This document shows, in pieces, positions 28,325-38,564 of a stretch of DNA of 64,000 bases. Source of the DNA: Planctomycetota bacterium (GTDB lineage Bacteria; Planctomycetota; UBA8108; UBA1146); NCBI GenBank assembly GCA_032128395.1, contig JAQBGV010000193.1, forward strand, positions 7,764 through 71,763. Direction: 5' to 3'. The notes under the pieces were generated by a model. That model made no database searches. It was not told where the DNA came from and saw only the letters and a list, made by a program, of their open reading frames with translations. The stretch's first letter is position 1. Each line of letters opens with the position of its first letter. Both the position numbers and the translations under genes were made by a program.

Positions 28325-28371
28325 GCGCCTTGCATTCGATACCTCCTCGAAGCCCTCTACGTGCATCGTTT

Positions 28372-28920
28372 TCAGAAGAGTGGCGATCGGGCGTATTCTT
28401 CCCAGATCGGGAATGCTTGGTCCCGGTCGGAGACGACCGGGACGAGATTCTCGGGCCAGGGGATACCCACCGTGTCCCATCGGATGCCCCGGTCCGACTC
28501 GGGCACGTACACCGAAGTGGTCTGATAGTGGAGCGTCGCGGAGTCCGTGGTGACCAGGAACCCGTGGGCGATCCCGCGGGGGATGTAGATCACGTGAGCG
28601 CTCTCGGCGTCGAGTTCGAGGCACTCGTACGCGCCGAAGGTCGTCGATTCCGCACGCAGGTCCACCAGGACGTCGAGCACCCGTCCCTCTGAACAATGGA
28701 CGAGTTTCGCATGGTCGTGCGGAGGCGCCTGATAGTGAAGTCCTCGCAAGACCCCCTGCCCCGACTTCGAGTAGTACGTCTCGACGAAGTCGGTCTCGAG
28801 GCCGAGCTTGCGCAGCGACGGCGCGTGAAACACCTTCACGAAACGCCCTCGTGCATCGTCGAAGACTCGAGGGACGAGCCGGCGGCACCCGGCGATCGTC
28901 AACTCACTAGCCTCGAACAT
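28372..28920 (-). CDS. dTDP/CDP-4-dehydro-6-deoxyhexose 3,5-epimerase (RmlC fold; AscE-like)
   Basis: Cupin RmlC motifs (SKSGQGVLRGLHYQ, HAKLVHCSEGRVLDVLVDLR, YIPRGIAHGF). Confidence 0.8.
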   Translation of the reverse strand: MFEASELTIAGCRRLVPRVFDDARGRFVKVFHAPSLRKLGLETDFVETYYSKSGQGVLRGLHYQAPPHDHAKLVHCSEGRVLDVLVDLRAESTTFGAYECLELDAESAHVIYIPRGIAHGFLVTTDSATLHYQTTSVYVPESDRGIRWDTVGIPWPENLVPVVSDRDQAFPIWEEYARSPLF

Positions 28921-29806
28921 CGTGCTCGATCCATCTCCGAATTCCGTCGCGCAGAGTGACCTCGGGCTTCCACCCCGGAATCGTCGCCCCTCCCCGCCAA
29001 GGGACCATCACCTCGCGCTTTCGGTAGGGACGCTCCCCGAAGCGGAGGTCGAGCGCGACTCCGGACTCCTTCTCGAAGATCCGGACCAGTTCTCGCAGGG
29101 TCGGGGTCTCTCCGGAGCGCACTGCGAATTCCTCGGAGGATCCGGCGGGAAGCGTGGTCACCCGCTCCGCGGCGATCGCGTAGGCGCGGACCACGTCGTC
29201 GACGTGGACGAGATCGAGTCGCTGCTCCCCTGGAGAAAAATCGATGCTCCCCCCCTCCCCCTGGGTCAGGTGGAGGAGGAGGGGCATCAGCTTCGGTCGG
29301 TGGTCCCCTTCGCCGTAGGTATCGAAGAGCTTGAGATGGATCACCCGGAGCGGCGCGGTGCGAAGGTGGAACACGAGCAAGGTCTCGAACGCCTGCTTCG
29401 TCGCCGCATAGAGGGAGACGGGATCGTAGGCGGAGTCTCTGAAGTGCTGCCAGGCGGTTCCGGTGTGGATGAGGTGGTGGACGTCGTTCTGGAGCATCGC
29501 CTCGACCAGCTCGGCGCTGAAGCGCAGATTGCTGTCGATGAGAGGGCCGACATCGCGAGCGGTGTGTTCGGCGACGAAGAGCGCAGCGAGGTGGAAGACC
29601 ACATCGGGGCGAGCGCTCTCGACGATCTCGATCAAACTCTCCACTCCGCCCACTTGGCAGTGGACCGTCGCGGGTTCGAGAGCCAGAACACGGTCGGGAT
29701 CGGACTCGGGGCGGGTGATGACGTGCACTTCGTGACCCGCGGCGAGGAGGTGACGCACGAGGTGGCCGCCGACGAATCCGGTTCCCCCGGTGACAAGAGC
29801 TCTCAA
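28907..29806 (-). CDS. NAD(P)-dependent SDR epimerase/reductase (AscF / CDP-dideoxyhexose synthase-like)
   Basis: Rossmann motif [13 protein letters not shown] and catalytic YAATK. TTG start at 29806 overlaps the ddhC stop (TTGA), with a GGAGGAG SD. Confidence 0.7.
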   Translation of the reverse strand: MRALVTGGTGFVGGHLVRHLLAAGHEVHVITRPESDPDRVLALEPATVHCQVGGVESLIEIVESARPDVVFHLAALFVAEHTARDVGPLIDSNLRFSAELVEAMLQNDVHHLIHTGTAWQHFRDSAYDPVSLYAATKQAFETLLVFHLRTAPLRVIHLKLFDTYGEGDHRPKLMPLLLHLTQGEGGSIDFSPGEQRLDLVHVDDVVRAYAIAAERVTTLPAGSSEEFAVRSGETPTLRELVRIFEKESGVALDLRFGERPYRKREVMVPWRGGATIPGWKPEVTLRDGIRRWIEHDVRG

Positions 29807-31179
29807 GGGCTCCTCCCCCCCGCTTTCTCGAGCGCGAATCCCTGGATGACATCCACCACGTACGAGCGCGCGCTCTCGGTCAATCCCGGATAGACCCCGA
29901 TCCACACCGCTCGTTCCATGACCCTATCGGTCCGGGCGAGAGAGCCGACGACCCGAAACGGCGGGGTGCTGCGGTGCGCTACGCGATCTGCGAAGAGCTG
30001 ACTGAGCGCCGGCTGACGGATCAGGTTTCCTGCGAACAGCATTCGGGTCTGGATCTTCCGCTTCTCGAGGTGAGCGACCAACTCCCCTCGATCGAAAGGT
30101 GCTTCCTCGCGAACCATCATCAGGAATCCGAACCAACTCGGGTCGCTGCCCGGGGTCGGCTCGGGGAGGACGAGGAACTCCTCGAGATCCGAGAGAGCCT
30201 CGCGGTAGAAGGCCCAGTTCTTTCGACGTGCCTCGCAGAATCCATCGAGCTTTTCGAGCTGGCGCAGGCCGACCGCGGCCTGCATGTCGGTCATTTTCAG
30301 GTTGAACCCGAGGTGCGAGTACACGTACTTGTGGTCGTACCCCGCGGGCAGTTCTCCGAGCTTCCACTGGAAGCGCTTGCCGCAGGTGTTGTCGACCCCG
30401 GGGTCGCACCAGCAATCGCGTCCCCAGTCCCTCACACTCTCGATCACTCGGTTCAGTTCGTCGTTGTTGGTGAGGACGGCGCCTCCCTCACCGGTGGTCA
30501 TGTGATGCGGCGGGTAGAAGCTCAGGGTCGCCATGTCGCCGAAGGTCCCGGTTTTCTTCCCTTCGTAGAGCGATCCCGCGGCGTCGCAGTTGTCCTCGAT
30601 CAGCCAGAGATCGTGCTTTCGGCAGAACTCGACCACGCCGCCGAGGTCGAACGGGTTCCCGAGGGTGTGCGCGATGATCACGGCGCGGGTCCGGTGGCTG
30701 CGAGCTGCTCGGAGCAGGGAGACGTCGATGTTGTAGGTCGGCAGGTTCACGTCGACGAACACGGGGACGAGGCCGAGCTGGATCGCCGGGGTGACCGTGG
30801 TCGGGAAACCGGCCGCCACCGTGATCACCTCGTCGCCGGGGCGGGCTCTGCGATCTCCCAGAGACGGACTCATCAGAGCGGCGGTCGCGACCAGGTTCGC
30901 GCTCGAGCCGCTGTTCACCAACCGCGCGTGCTTGAGCCCGTACCACTTTGCGAGCGCCCGCTCGAGCCTGCGGTGCCACCGCCCTGCGGTGAGCCAAAAC
31001 TCGAGGGAGCTCTCGACCAGCGCGGTCATCTCCTTGCCGTCGTACACGCGCCCCGCGTAAGGGACCGGCGTCCTCCCCGGCACGAATGTCGATTCGCGAT
31101 TGCGCAGACCCGCGAGTCGCTCGACTCGCTCGAGAATTTCATCGATGAGCTGCTGCTCGCTGACGGGATCAGGTTCCAC
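29803..31179 (-). CDS. ddhC: CDP-6-deoxy-D-xylo-4-hexulose-3-dehydrase (E1; DdhC/RfbH)
   Basis: DegT/DnrJ fold. The active-site motif [14 protein letters not shown] has His where aminotransferases have Lys, which is the E1 hallmark. A [2Fe-2S] motif [12 protein letters not shown] (CxC-x7-C) is present. Confidence 0.85.
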   Translation of the reverse strand: MEPDPVSEQQLIDEILERVERLAGLRNRESTFVPGRTPVPYAGRVYDGKEMTALVESSLEFWLTAGRWHRRLERALAKWYGLKHARLVNSGSSANLVATAALMSPSLGDRRARPGDEVITVAAGFPTTVTPAIQLGLVPVFVDVNLPTYNIDVSLLRAARSHRTRAVIIAHTLGNPFDLGGVVEFCRKHDLWLIEDNCDAAGSLYEGKKTGTFGDMATLSFYPPHHMTTGEGGAVLTNNDELNRVIESVRDWGRDCWCDPGVDNTCGKRFQWKLGELPAGYDHKYVYSHLGFNLKMTDMQAAVGLRQLEKLDGFCEARRKNWAFYREALSDLEEFLVLPEPTPGSDPSWFGFLMMVREEAPFDRGELVAHLEKRKIQTRMLFAGNLIRQPALSQLFADRVAHRSTPPFRVVGSLARTDRVMERAVWIGVYPGLTESARSYVVDVIQGFALEKAGGRSP

Positions 31180-32311
31180 GGTACCCCCCGGAGTTCTGGT
31201 ACTCGTGGATCTGGCGCCCCGAGAGTGCCCTCATGGCATCGGGTTCCGCCCCATCCGCGTGCGCGCGATGCCACTCGACGACGCGAGAAAGGGTCTGAAA
31301 GAAGTCCCACCGCGGCGCCCAGCCGAGACGAGCGGTCGCCTTGTCGATACTGAGCCTCAGGATCCCCGCTTCCTCCACGGCGCTCTCGACCGGCGTGTGT
31401 TCCCACCCCCCGGATCCCCAGAACTCGATCAGGGTCTCGACGACGTCGCGCACGGTCCGAACCTCCGACGCGGCCGGCCCGAAGTTCCATCCGTCGCACG
31501 CCTCGGCGCGCGAGATTCCTCCGCGACCGCAGAGATGAGCGCCGAGGGAGAGATAGCCGCCGAGCGGCTCGAGGACATGTTGCCACGGGCGAATCGCGCC
31601 CGGGTTCCGAACCGCGACCGACTCGCCGGCCACGAGGGCGCGGACCATGTCGGGGACGATCCGGTCCTCCGCCCAATCTCCCCCGCCGAGGACGTTCCCG
31701 GCGCGGGCGGAAGCGATGGCGATGCCGTGATCTTCGATTCGATCGATGGGGAAGAAGCTCCGGCGATAGCTCGAGACGACCAGCTCGGTCGCGCCCTTGC
31801 TCATCGAGTAGATGTCGTGGCCTCCCATCGGATCGCTCTCGCGATAGCCGTGCCACCACTCGCGGTTCTCGTAGCACTTGTCGCTCGAGACGACGACCAC
31901 CGAACAGGGGCGCTCCGCGAGGCGTACTGCCTCGAGTACGTGTGCGGTTCCCAGGACGTTGGTCCGGATCGTCTCGATCGGCTCTCGGTAGCTCCGGCGC
32001 ACCAGCGCCTGCGCGGCGAGATGAAAGACGAACTCGGGGCGGTGTTCATCGATGACCGCACGAACCACGTCGAGATCGGTGATGTCCCCGATCGTGTGGG
32101 TAACTGTACGCTCGATCCCGGCGACCTCGAAGAGGGACGGGGAAGATTTGGGAGGGAGCGCGAGCCCGATCACCTCGGCGCCGAGGGAATCGAGCCACAT
32201 CGCGAGCCACGAGCCCTTGAACCCGGTGTGTCCGGTGATGAGGACGCGTCGTCCCGAGTAGACGTCCTCGAGAGAGCTCGACCTCGTGTGGATCACGGCC
32301 ACGCCTTCCAT
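31169..32311 (-). CDS. ddhB: CDP-glucose 4,6-dehydratase (DdhB/RfbG)
   Basis: [15 protein letters not shown], catalytic YSMSK and a conserved C-terminus. The start is set at MEGVAVIH; the track N-terminus is Arg-rich read-through. Confidence 0.85.
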   Translation of the reverse strand: MEGVAVIHTRSSSLEDVYSGRRVLITGHTGFKGSWLAMWLDSLGAEVIGLALPPKSSPSLFEVAGIERTVTHTIGDITDLDVVRAVIDEHRPEFVFHLAAQALVRRSYREPIETIRTNVLGTAHVLEAVRLAERPCSVVVVSSDKCYENREWWHGYRESDPMGGHDIYSMSKGATELVVSSYRRSFFPIDRIEDHGIAIASARAGNVLGGGDWAEDRIVPDMVRALVAGESVAVRNPGAIRPWQHVLEPLGGYLSLGAHLCGRGGISRAEACDGWNFGPAASEVRTVRDVVETLIEFWGSGGWEHTPVESAVEEAGILRLSIDKATARLGWAPRWDFFQTLSRVVEWHRAHADGAEPDAMRALSGRQIHEYQNSGGYRGT

Positions 32312-33093
32312 GGCGCATCCCCAGAGGCCCAGAGATCGTTCAGCATCTTGTACTCGCGGTAGGTGTCCATCGGGAGCCAGAAGCCGTCGTGTCGAAACGC
32401 GGAGAGCTCGCCATCGGCGGTCAGCCGGCGGAGCGGCTCCTGTTCGAGGATCAGTTCCGGTCCTCCCTCGAGGTACGGCCAAATGCGCTTCGCGTCGAAG
32501 ACGAAGAACCCGCCGTTGATCAGCCCAGCGGTGGTCTGCGGTTTCTCGTTGAACTCGCGGACGCGGGAGCCCTCCGTCTCCATCTCGCCGAAGCGTCCCG
32601 GGGGATGGACCGCGGTGACGGTCGCGATGCGCCCTTCTCGGCGGTGGTGCTCGACGAGGCCCTCGATGTCGATGTTCGCGAGGCCGTCGCCGTAGGTCAG
32701 ACAGAAGAGGTCATCGTTTTCCACGTACTGGCGGATTGCGGCGACCCGCCCGCCGGTCATCGTCTGTTCTCCGGTGTTGGCGAGGGTCACCCGCCACTCT
32801 TCGAGACCCTCGCCGATCCCTTGTCCCGCGCCATGGATCTCGACCGCTCCCTCTCGCCCGAGCTGCACGGTGATGTCGGAACTCTTCGCCCGGTAGTTCA
32901 GGAAGTACTCCTTGATCAACCACCCCTTGTGGCCGAGGCAGAGCACGAAATCATCGAGGCCGTGCGCGGCGTAGAGCTTCATGATGTGCCAGAGGATCGG
33001 GGCACCGCCGACCGGCAGCATCGGCTTCGGAAGCTCCTCCGAAGCCGCGCGGATCCGCGTCCCCTGACCTCCACACAGAATCACGACCTTCAT
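32293..33093 (-). CDS. ddhA: glucose-1-phosphate cytidylyltransferase (DdhA/RfbF)
   Basis: MKVVILCGGQGTRIR...LPKPMLPVGGAPILWHIM and the C-terminal [12 protein letters not shown] signature of RfbF. Confidence 0.85.
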   Translation of the reverse strand: MKVVILCGGQGTRIRAASEELPKPMLPVGGAPILWHIMKLYAAHGLDDFVLCLGHKGWLIKEYFLNYRAKSSDITVQLGREGAVEIHGAGQGIGEGLEEWRVTLANTGEQTMTGGRVAAIRQYVENDDLFCLTYGDGLANIDIEGLVEHHRREGRIATVTAVHPPGRFGEMETEGSRVREFNEKPQTTAGLINGGFFVFDAKRIWPYLEGGPELILEQEPLRRLTADGELSAFRHDGFWLPMDTYREYKMLNDLWASGDAPWKAWP

Positions 33094-33184
33094 GCGAGCC
33101 TCCGACCTGGTGGTGCCGATGCGCGCCATGGTACTGTAGCCCTGTCGGGGAACACCAGTCAGAGCGGGCGGAGACGGCGAGATC

Positions 33185-34153
33185 ATGGATTCCGTACCGA
33201 ATTTCTCCGTCGGGATCCCGACCTACAACCACGGGAAATACGTCGGCGCGGCGATCGAGTCCCTCCTCGACCAGACGGTCGCCCCCCTCGAGCTGGTGGT
33301 GTGCAACAACCACTCGACCGACGATACCGCCGAGGTTCTCGCACGGTTCGGGGACCGGATCCGCGTGATCAGCCCTCCCGAGCATCTTTCGATGATGGCG
33401 AACTGGAACCACCTCGTCGGGCAGCTCCGGGGGGAATGGGTCGCGCTCCTCTCGAGCGATGACCTGGCGCTCCCTCCCTTCGTCGAGGCGCTCTGGGAAG
33501 GGACCCAGCTCGCCGAGGACGCGGTGCTCGTGCGCGCCGACGTCGACTTCGTCGACGGCGAGGGACAGGATCTCGGGACGCGTCGCCGGCGGGTCCCGGG
33601 GGTCACGTCGCCGCCGAAAAACTTCCTCGAGCGCCTCTACGGCCCGAAGGTGAACTTCAACGCGGTCGCGTTCCGGAAGGACGCCTGGGAGAAGAGCGGT
33701 GGGTTTCCCGAGTCGTGCCGCCTCGCGGGCGATTGGGCGTTCTGGCTCGAGCTCACCCCGTTCGGCAGCTTCACCACCGTCTCCGTCCCGGTCTCCCGTT
33801 ATCGAAAGGGACACCGGAGTCGCGAGGAGGAACACGCTCGCCTGGTCCTCTGGGCGGAGGACTACCGTGCGATCTACCGCGAGTTGATGCCGCGCATCGC
33901 GAAGGAGCTCGGCGTCTCCCCCGCGCTGGTGCGCCACGCGATGCGATCTCGGTGCACCAACTTCCTCTCGCGACTGAGTCGGAGTTTGCCGAACGAGAGT
34001 CGCGAGGAGGTCGCCCGGGAGCTCGCCGACTGGGCGAAGGACTGTGACGTCGAGCGAGCTCTCGAGCGGTTCCGGGCGGGAGAGCGATTCGGGAAGAGAC
34101 GGTTCCGCCGGCTGCGCCGGTGGGCCGCCACCCTCGGACTTTCGAACGGGTGA
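33185..34153 (+). CDS. family-2 glycosyltransferase
   Basis: FSVGIPTYNHGKYVGAAIESLLDQT... and a DxD-like SSDD. Divergent from ddhA. Confidence 0.75.
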   Translation: MDSVPNFSVGIPTYNHGKYVGAAIESLLDQTVAPLELVVCNNHSTDDTAEVLARFGDRIRVISPPEHLSMMANWNHLVGQLRGEWVALLSSDDLALPPFVEALWEGTQLAEDAVLVRADVDFVDGEGQDLGTRRRRVPGVTSPPKNFLERLYGPKVNFNAVAFRKDAWEKSGGFPESCRLAGDWAFWLELTPFGSFTTVSVPVSRYRKGHRSREEEHARLVLWAEDYRAIYRELMPRIAKELGVSPALVRHAMRSRCTNFLSRLSRSLPNESREEVARELADWAKDCDVERALERFRAGERFGKRRFRRLRRWAATLGLSNG

Positions 34154-34247
34154 TGCGCGCGAGTGTGTGAACCCATCGCAGTGCCGGACCCTTATCATTT
34201 TTCGTCGGTGATCGGGACGCCCGCTCCGCAACTTCGTGAATGCGACT

Positions 34248-35126
34248 CTACTCCGCAATGCCGTGGCGCACCCGGAAGCCGGTCTCGTAGAAGCCGTAGC
34301 CGGGCGAGAATCGTTGGCGTCGCGCCGCGCGCAGATCGGCGGGCCCGCCGACCCACGAGCCTCCGCGGAAGCTCTGGTAGTACCGCCGCCGCCAACTCGC
34401 GCGTTCGGACTCCGGGCTCACCGGCGCCGCTTCGTTGAAGCTCTCGTAACTGGGAGTCCAGTCCCCGAGGGTGAGTTCCCAGACGTTGCCGAGCACATCG
34501 CAGAGCCCGAATCCGTTCGGCGCCCACTCCCCCACCGGATGCGTCCGACCGTCCGAGTTCTCCCGATACCACGCGATCGTGCCGAGCGGTCCGTAGCGCG
34601 GTCCCGGGTTCCCCGCGCGGCACGCCCATTCCCATTCGACCTCGGTCGGCAGCGTGAGGCCGGTCTTCTCGAGGAAGGACCGGATCTGCGGGACCGTGAT
34701 GTTCTCCGCCGGGTGGTCGGCTCCCTCGGTATCGAAGGGGTGCTCGCCCATCGTGCGGACCCACTGCGCCTGCGTCACCTCGAAACGCCCGAGGTAGAAC
34801 GGCTCCGTCACCTGCGCCGTGTGTGCAGGTTGTTCCTCCGGCCGCGCGTCTTCCTCCCCCTCCGGTGCTCCGCGCTGAAACTCGCCGGGGGGGATCAGGA
34901 TCAACTCGATGCCGGTCGCGCGGTCGCGGACGTGCCACGGCAGCCCGGTCGCGATGATTCGTGCGCGCAGCTCTGCATCGCCGACGATCGCCTTCTCGGG
35001 AACTGCACCGATCGTCTCGGCCCAGGTCAGTGGTGGGATCGAGTCCAATTCGGTATCCGACACGACCGGCGCCGCACACCCACAAGAGAGCGCCGCGATG
35101 CTCAGCAACCACCGGGAGTGGTGCAT
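34248..35126 (-). CDS. FGE/SUMF1-domain (formylglycine-generating-enzyme-like) lipoprotein
   Basis: MHHSRWLLSIAALSCGC lipobox. FGE-sulfatase domain signatures (GEWAPNGFGLCDVLGNVWEL...YRVRGGSW). Confidence 0.7.
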   Translation of the reverse strand: MHHSRWLLSIAALSCGCAAPVVSDTELDSIPPLTWAETIGAVPEKAIVGDAELRARIIATGLPWHVRDRATGIELILIPPGEFQRGAPEGEEDARPEEQPAHTAQVTEPFYLGRFEVTQAQWVRTMGEHPFDTEGADHPAENITVPQIRSFLEKTGLTLPTEVEWEWACRAGNPGPRYGPLGTIAWYRENSDGRTHPVGEWAPNGFGLCDVLGNVWELTLGDWTPSYESFNEAAPVSPESERASWRRRYYQSFRGGSWVGGPADLRAARRQRFSPGYGFYETGFRVRHGIAE

Positions 35127-35134
35127 TCCGCTCC

Positions 35135-38100
35135 TCACACCCCGAGCAGATCGAGCGCGCTCTCGAGGCCATCGATCTGCGTCGCTTTCGGCGGCCGCCC
35201 GCCGATCTCCCCGCCGGTGAGCTCGACCACCTTCCAACCGCGCCCTCGGAGCGCCTGGATGATCGCGGCGCGATCTCCGGCGAAGATCAGCCAGTTGTCC
35301 TCGGAATCGAACTTCTTCACCCCCCAGCTCCCGAGGAGGAGCCGCAGCCGCTGGAGCCGGAACAGCGTCTCGGTCTCGGCGGGGAGCTTGCCGAAGCGGT
35401 CGACCAGGTCGGCCGCAATCTCGTCGAGTTCGCTCGCGGTGAGCGCGGTCGCGATCGCCCGGTACGCACGCAACCTCCCGCGGGTGTCCCCGATGTATTC
35501 CTCGGGGATGCGGGTGTGTCCTTCGAGGCCGATCTCGATGTCGGGGGGTTCTTGCCATGCGGTGCCGCGCATGTCGGCGACCGCGCGCTCGAGCAGGCGA
35601 CAGTAGAGGTCGTAGCCGACCGCCGCGATGTGCCCTGACTGCTCCTTGCCGAGGATGTTCCCCGCGCCGCGGATCTCGAGGTCGCGCATTGCGATCTGGA
35701 AGCCGCTGCCGAGCGCGGTCAGTTCTTCGAGCGCCTGCAGTCGGTGACGCGCCTCTTGCTTGATCGGACGGTCGTCGGGGAGAAGCAGGAAGCAGTACGC
35801 CTTGTGGGTGCCGCGCCCGACCCGCCCGCGCAGCTGGTGCAGCTCCGCGAGACCGAACCGGTCTGCGCGATCGATCACCATGGTGTTCGCGCTCGGGATG
35901 TCGAGGCCGCTCTCGATGATCGTCGTCGAGACGAGCACATCGACTTCCTTGGCGAGGAATCGATTCATCCGCGCCTCGAGCTCGTGCTCGTTCATCTGCC
36001 CGTGCACCTCGATCATCCGCGCCTCCGGAACCAACCTCTCGAGCGCCTCGCGCTTCACCCGCAGCGACTTCACCCGGTTGTGGAGGTAGAAGACCTGCCC
36101 GTCGCGGTTGAGTTCACGCAGCATGATCTGCCGAAAGCGTTCCTCATCGAAGTGACACACCTCGGTGTGGACCGGATTTCGCCCCTGGGGTGGATCGGCG
36201 AGGCTCGAAATGTCTTTCACGCCGACGAGCGACATGTGCAGCGTCCGCGGGATCGGCGTCGCGGTGAGGGTCAGCACGTCGGCGAGGCGTCGCAGATGCT
36301 TGAGCCGCTCCTTGTGCGCCACCCCGAAGCGCTGCTCCTCGTCGATGATGATCAGCCCGAGGTTCTGGAAGTGCACGTCGGCGGAGAGGAGTCGGTGGGT
36401 GCCGATCAGGATGTCGATTTCGCCCGCGGCGGCGCGTTTCAGGATATCGGTCTGTTCGCGCCGGCTGCGCAGGCGGCTGATCGCCTCGACCCGCACTGGA
36501 AACTCCGCCATGCGATCGCGAAACGTCAATCGGTGCTGCTCGGCGAGAATCGTCGTCGGGACCAGGATCGCCACCTGTCTCCCCGCGCGCGTCGATTTGA
36601 ACGCGGCGCGCATCGCGAGCTCGGTCTTGCCGAAGCCGACGTCTCCGCAGATCAGGCGATCCATCGGCTTCGGCGACTCCATGTCGCGGCGGATCGCCTC
36701 CATGCTCGTCAGCTGATCGTCGGTCTCCTGGAAGGGGAACGCCGCTTCGAATTCGTGCTGCCAGTGGTCATCGGTGGGGAACGCCATCCCCTCCCGCTCG
36801 GTGCGCAGGGCCTGCATCTCGAGGAGATCCGCGGCGAGGTCGTGCAGCCCCTCCGCGACCTTCGCCTTCTTCTTGCCCCAAGCGGTCGATCCGACCCGGT
36901 CGAGCCGGACGTGACGACCCTTGCTCCCGACGAACTTCTGGACCAGGTCGATCCGTTCGACCGGGACGAGGATCTGGACCCCTTCGGAGTACTCGAGGAT
37001 GAGGAAGTCTCCCGGACGGCGACCTTGGGTCTGGTGTCGGATTCCTCGGAAGCGCGCGATGCCGTGAGAAACGTGGACGACGTGCGCTCCCTCCTCGAGC
37101 TCGAGGAAGCTGTCGACCGCCCGCCCCTCCGCGCGTTGTTTCGCGCGCCTGGACATCGCGCGGCTGCGGCCGAGCGCGGCGGAGCCGGAGAGAAAGATTC
37201 CCCCGGTCGGTTCGAGCCACCGAAAACCGCGCGAGAGATCTCCGAGGGTCGGGCGTGCTCCGGAGCCGACCCCCGCCCCCGCGTCGGCGAGCACTTCGAG
37301 AAAGCGCTCGACCTCCGCCTCCTGGCGGAAGAAGACCCGCAGCTCGACCCCCTTCCGCGTTTCCGCCACGATCGCGGGGACCGTGTTCTCGAGCGAACCG
37401 ATGAACGCTTCGGTGGAGCCGGCGGGGAGCAGAACCGCGTTGCGCCCCTTCTCCGGTGAGAGGGGATCGAGGGCGAGATGGGTGAACTTCCCCGATCGCG
37501 CCCAGAACTCATCGCCGATCGATCGCTCCTGCTTCGGCGCCCACTGTCCGATCAGAGTCCGACTGCGCTCGTCGAGCTGGCCCGGGTTCGGGAGGACGAG
37601 AACCAGGTCTTCGGGAAGGCCGTCGAAGAGCAGCAGCTCCTCCCCGGTGAATCCACGGATGAAGTAGTCGCGTTTCGGGAGGAGTGTGAGGACGAGCATC
37701 GGCACCTCGTCCCCCGAGCGTTGGTCTTTTGTGGAGACGGAACGGATGGTGTCGATCTCGTTGCCGAAGAAGTCGACCCGATAGGGGTGGGAGCCCTCTC
37801 GTGGGTAGATGTCGAAGATCCCACCTCGAACCGAGAAGTCCCCGGGGCGCGCGACCTGTGGGAAGCGCCGATACCCCGCGTCGACGAGGGCGCGGGCGAG
37901 GGTCTCGGGGGGGAACCGGTCTCCGGTGCGGAGCAGGATCCGTCGGTCGTCGGTGGCGTCCGGTCGCGAGATCGGCTGCAAGATCGCCTGCACCGGCGCG
38001 ACCGCGGCCCGGACCGTACCGGCGCGCAACCCTTCCGAGCACTCGGTCCGCTCGCGGAAGATGTCGGGATCGGGCTCCGATTCCGCCTCGAAGAGAGACT

Positions 38101-38395
38101 CCCACGGGGGAAAGACGTGCACCGGTTCATCGGTGAAGGTCGACCAGTCGCGACGGAGACGTTCCGCCTCATCGAGGCTCGCGGTCACCGCCAGGATCGG
38201 CCGCGAGGTGGTCTCGGTCAGCCCCGCGAGCAAGAAGCCACTGACGCCCTCTCCCGCCCGCCCGACCAGGACCTCGCCGCCGCGGTCGAGGCGCCGGCGG
38301 ATCTCGGCGATCGACTTGGACTCTCGGAAGATCTTGCTCGCGAGCCGCTCCGCGTCGAGTGGCGGGTGCGTACCGGCGGGGTCGGCTGCGGACAT
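35135..38395 (-). CDS. mfd: transcription-repair coupling factor Mfd
   Basis: Full-length Mfd: UvrB-homology N-terminus, RecG-like helicase motifs (LICGDVGFGKTELAMRAAF, DEEQRFGV, HQLRGRVGR) and a TRG/CarD region. Start at MSAADPAG (ATG 38395). Confidence 0.9.
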   Translation of the reverse strand: MSAADPAGTHPPLDAERLASKIFRESKSIAEIRRRLDRGGEVLVGRAGEGVSGFLLAGLTETTSRPILAVTASLDEAERLRRDWSTFTDEPVHVFPPWESLFEAESEPDPDIFRERTECSEGLRAGTVRAAVAPVQAILQPISRPDATDDRRILLRTGDRFPPETLARALVDAGYRRFPQVARPGDFSVRGGIFDIYPREGSHPYRVDFFGNEIDTIRSVSTKDQRSGDEVPMLVLTLLPKRDYFIRGFTGEELLLFDGLPEDLVLVLPNPGQLDERSRTLIGQWAPKQERSIGDEFWARSGKFTHLALDPLSPEKGRNAVLLPAGSTEAFIGSLENTVPAIVAETRKGVELRVFFRQEAEVERFLEVLADAGAGVGSGARPTLGDLSRGFRWLEPTGGIFLSGSAALGRSRAMSRRAKQRAEGRAVDSFLELEEGAHVVHVSHGIARFRGIRHQTQGRRPGDFLILEYSEGVQILVPVERIDLVQKFVGSKGRHVRLDRVGSTAWGKKKAKVAEGLHDLAADLLEMQALRTEREGMAFPTDDHWQHEFEAAFPFQETDDQLTSMEAIRRDMESPKPMDRLICGDVGFGKTELAMRAAFKSTRAGRQVAILVPTTILAEQHRLTFRDRMAEFPVRVEAISRLRSRREQTDILKRAAAGEIDILIGTHRLLSADVHFQNLGLIIIDEEQRFGVAHKERLKHLRRLADVLTLTATPIPRTLHMSLVGVKDISSLADPPQGRNPVHTEVCHFDEERFRQIMLRELNRDGQVFYLHNRVKSLRVKREALERLVPEARMIEVHGQMNEHELEARMNRFLAKEVDVLVSTTIIESGLDIPSANTMVIDRADRFGLAELHQLRGRVGRGTHKAYCFLLLPDDRPIKQEARHRLQALEELTALGSGFQIAMRDLEIRGAGNILGKEQSGHIAAVGYDLYCRLLERAVADMRGTAWQEPPDIEIGLEGHTRIPEEYIGDTRGRLRAYRAIATALTASELDEIAADLVDRFGKLPAETETLFRLQRLRLLLGSWGVKKFDSEDNWLIFAGDRAAIIQALRGRGWKVVELTGGEIGGRPPKATQIDGLESALDLLGV

Positions 38396-38564
38396 CGGAG
38401 CGCTCCAGGGAAAGAGGGGGCGCAGAGTGTACACCGCCGGCGAAAGTCGTCCCATCGGGTGCGCGGAAGCCGGTCTGACGGATGAAAAGGAGGGGCCCCC
38501 CGGGTGGGGGCCCCTCGAAGATTGGCCGCGGGAACCGCGTGGGTCACGCGGTCGGGTCCCGCTC

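Noticed and set aside
35744-37459. 571-aa + strand ORF inside mfd
   Set aside because: Antisense artefact. mfd motifs are all on the minus strand.
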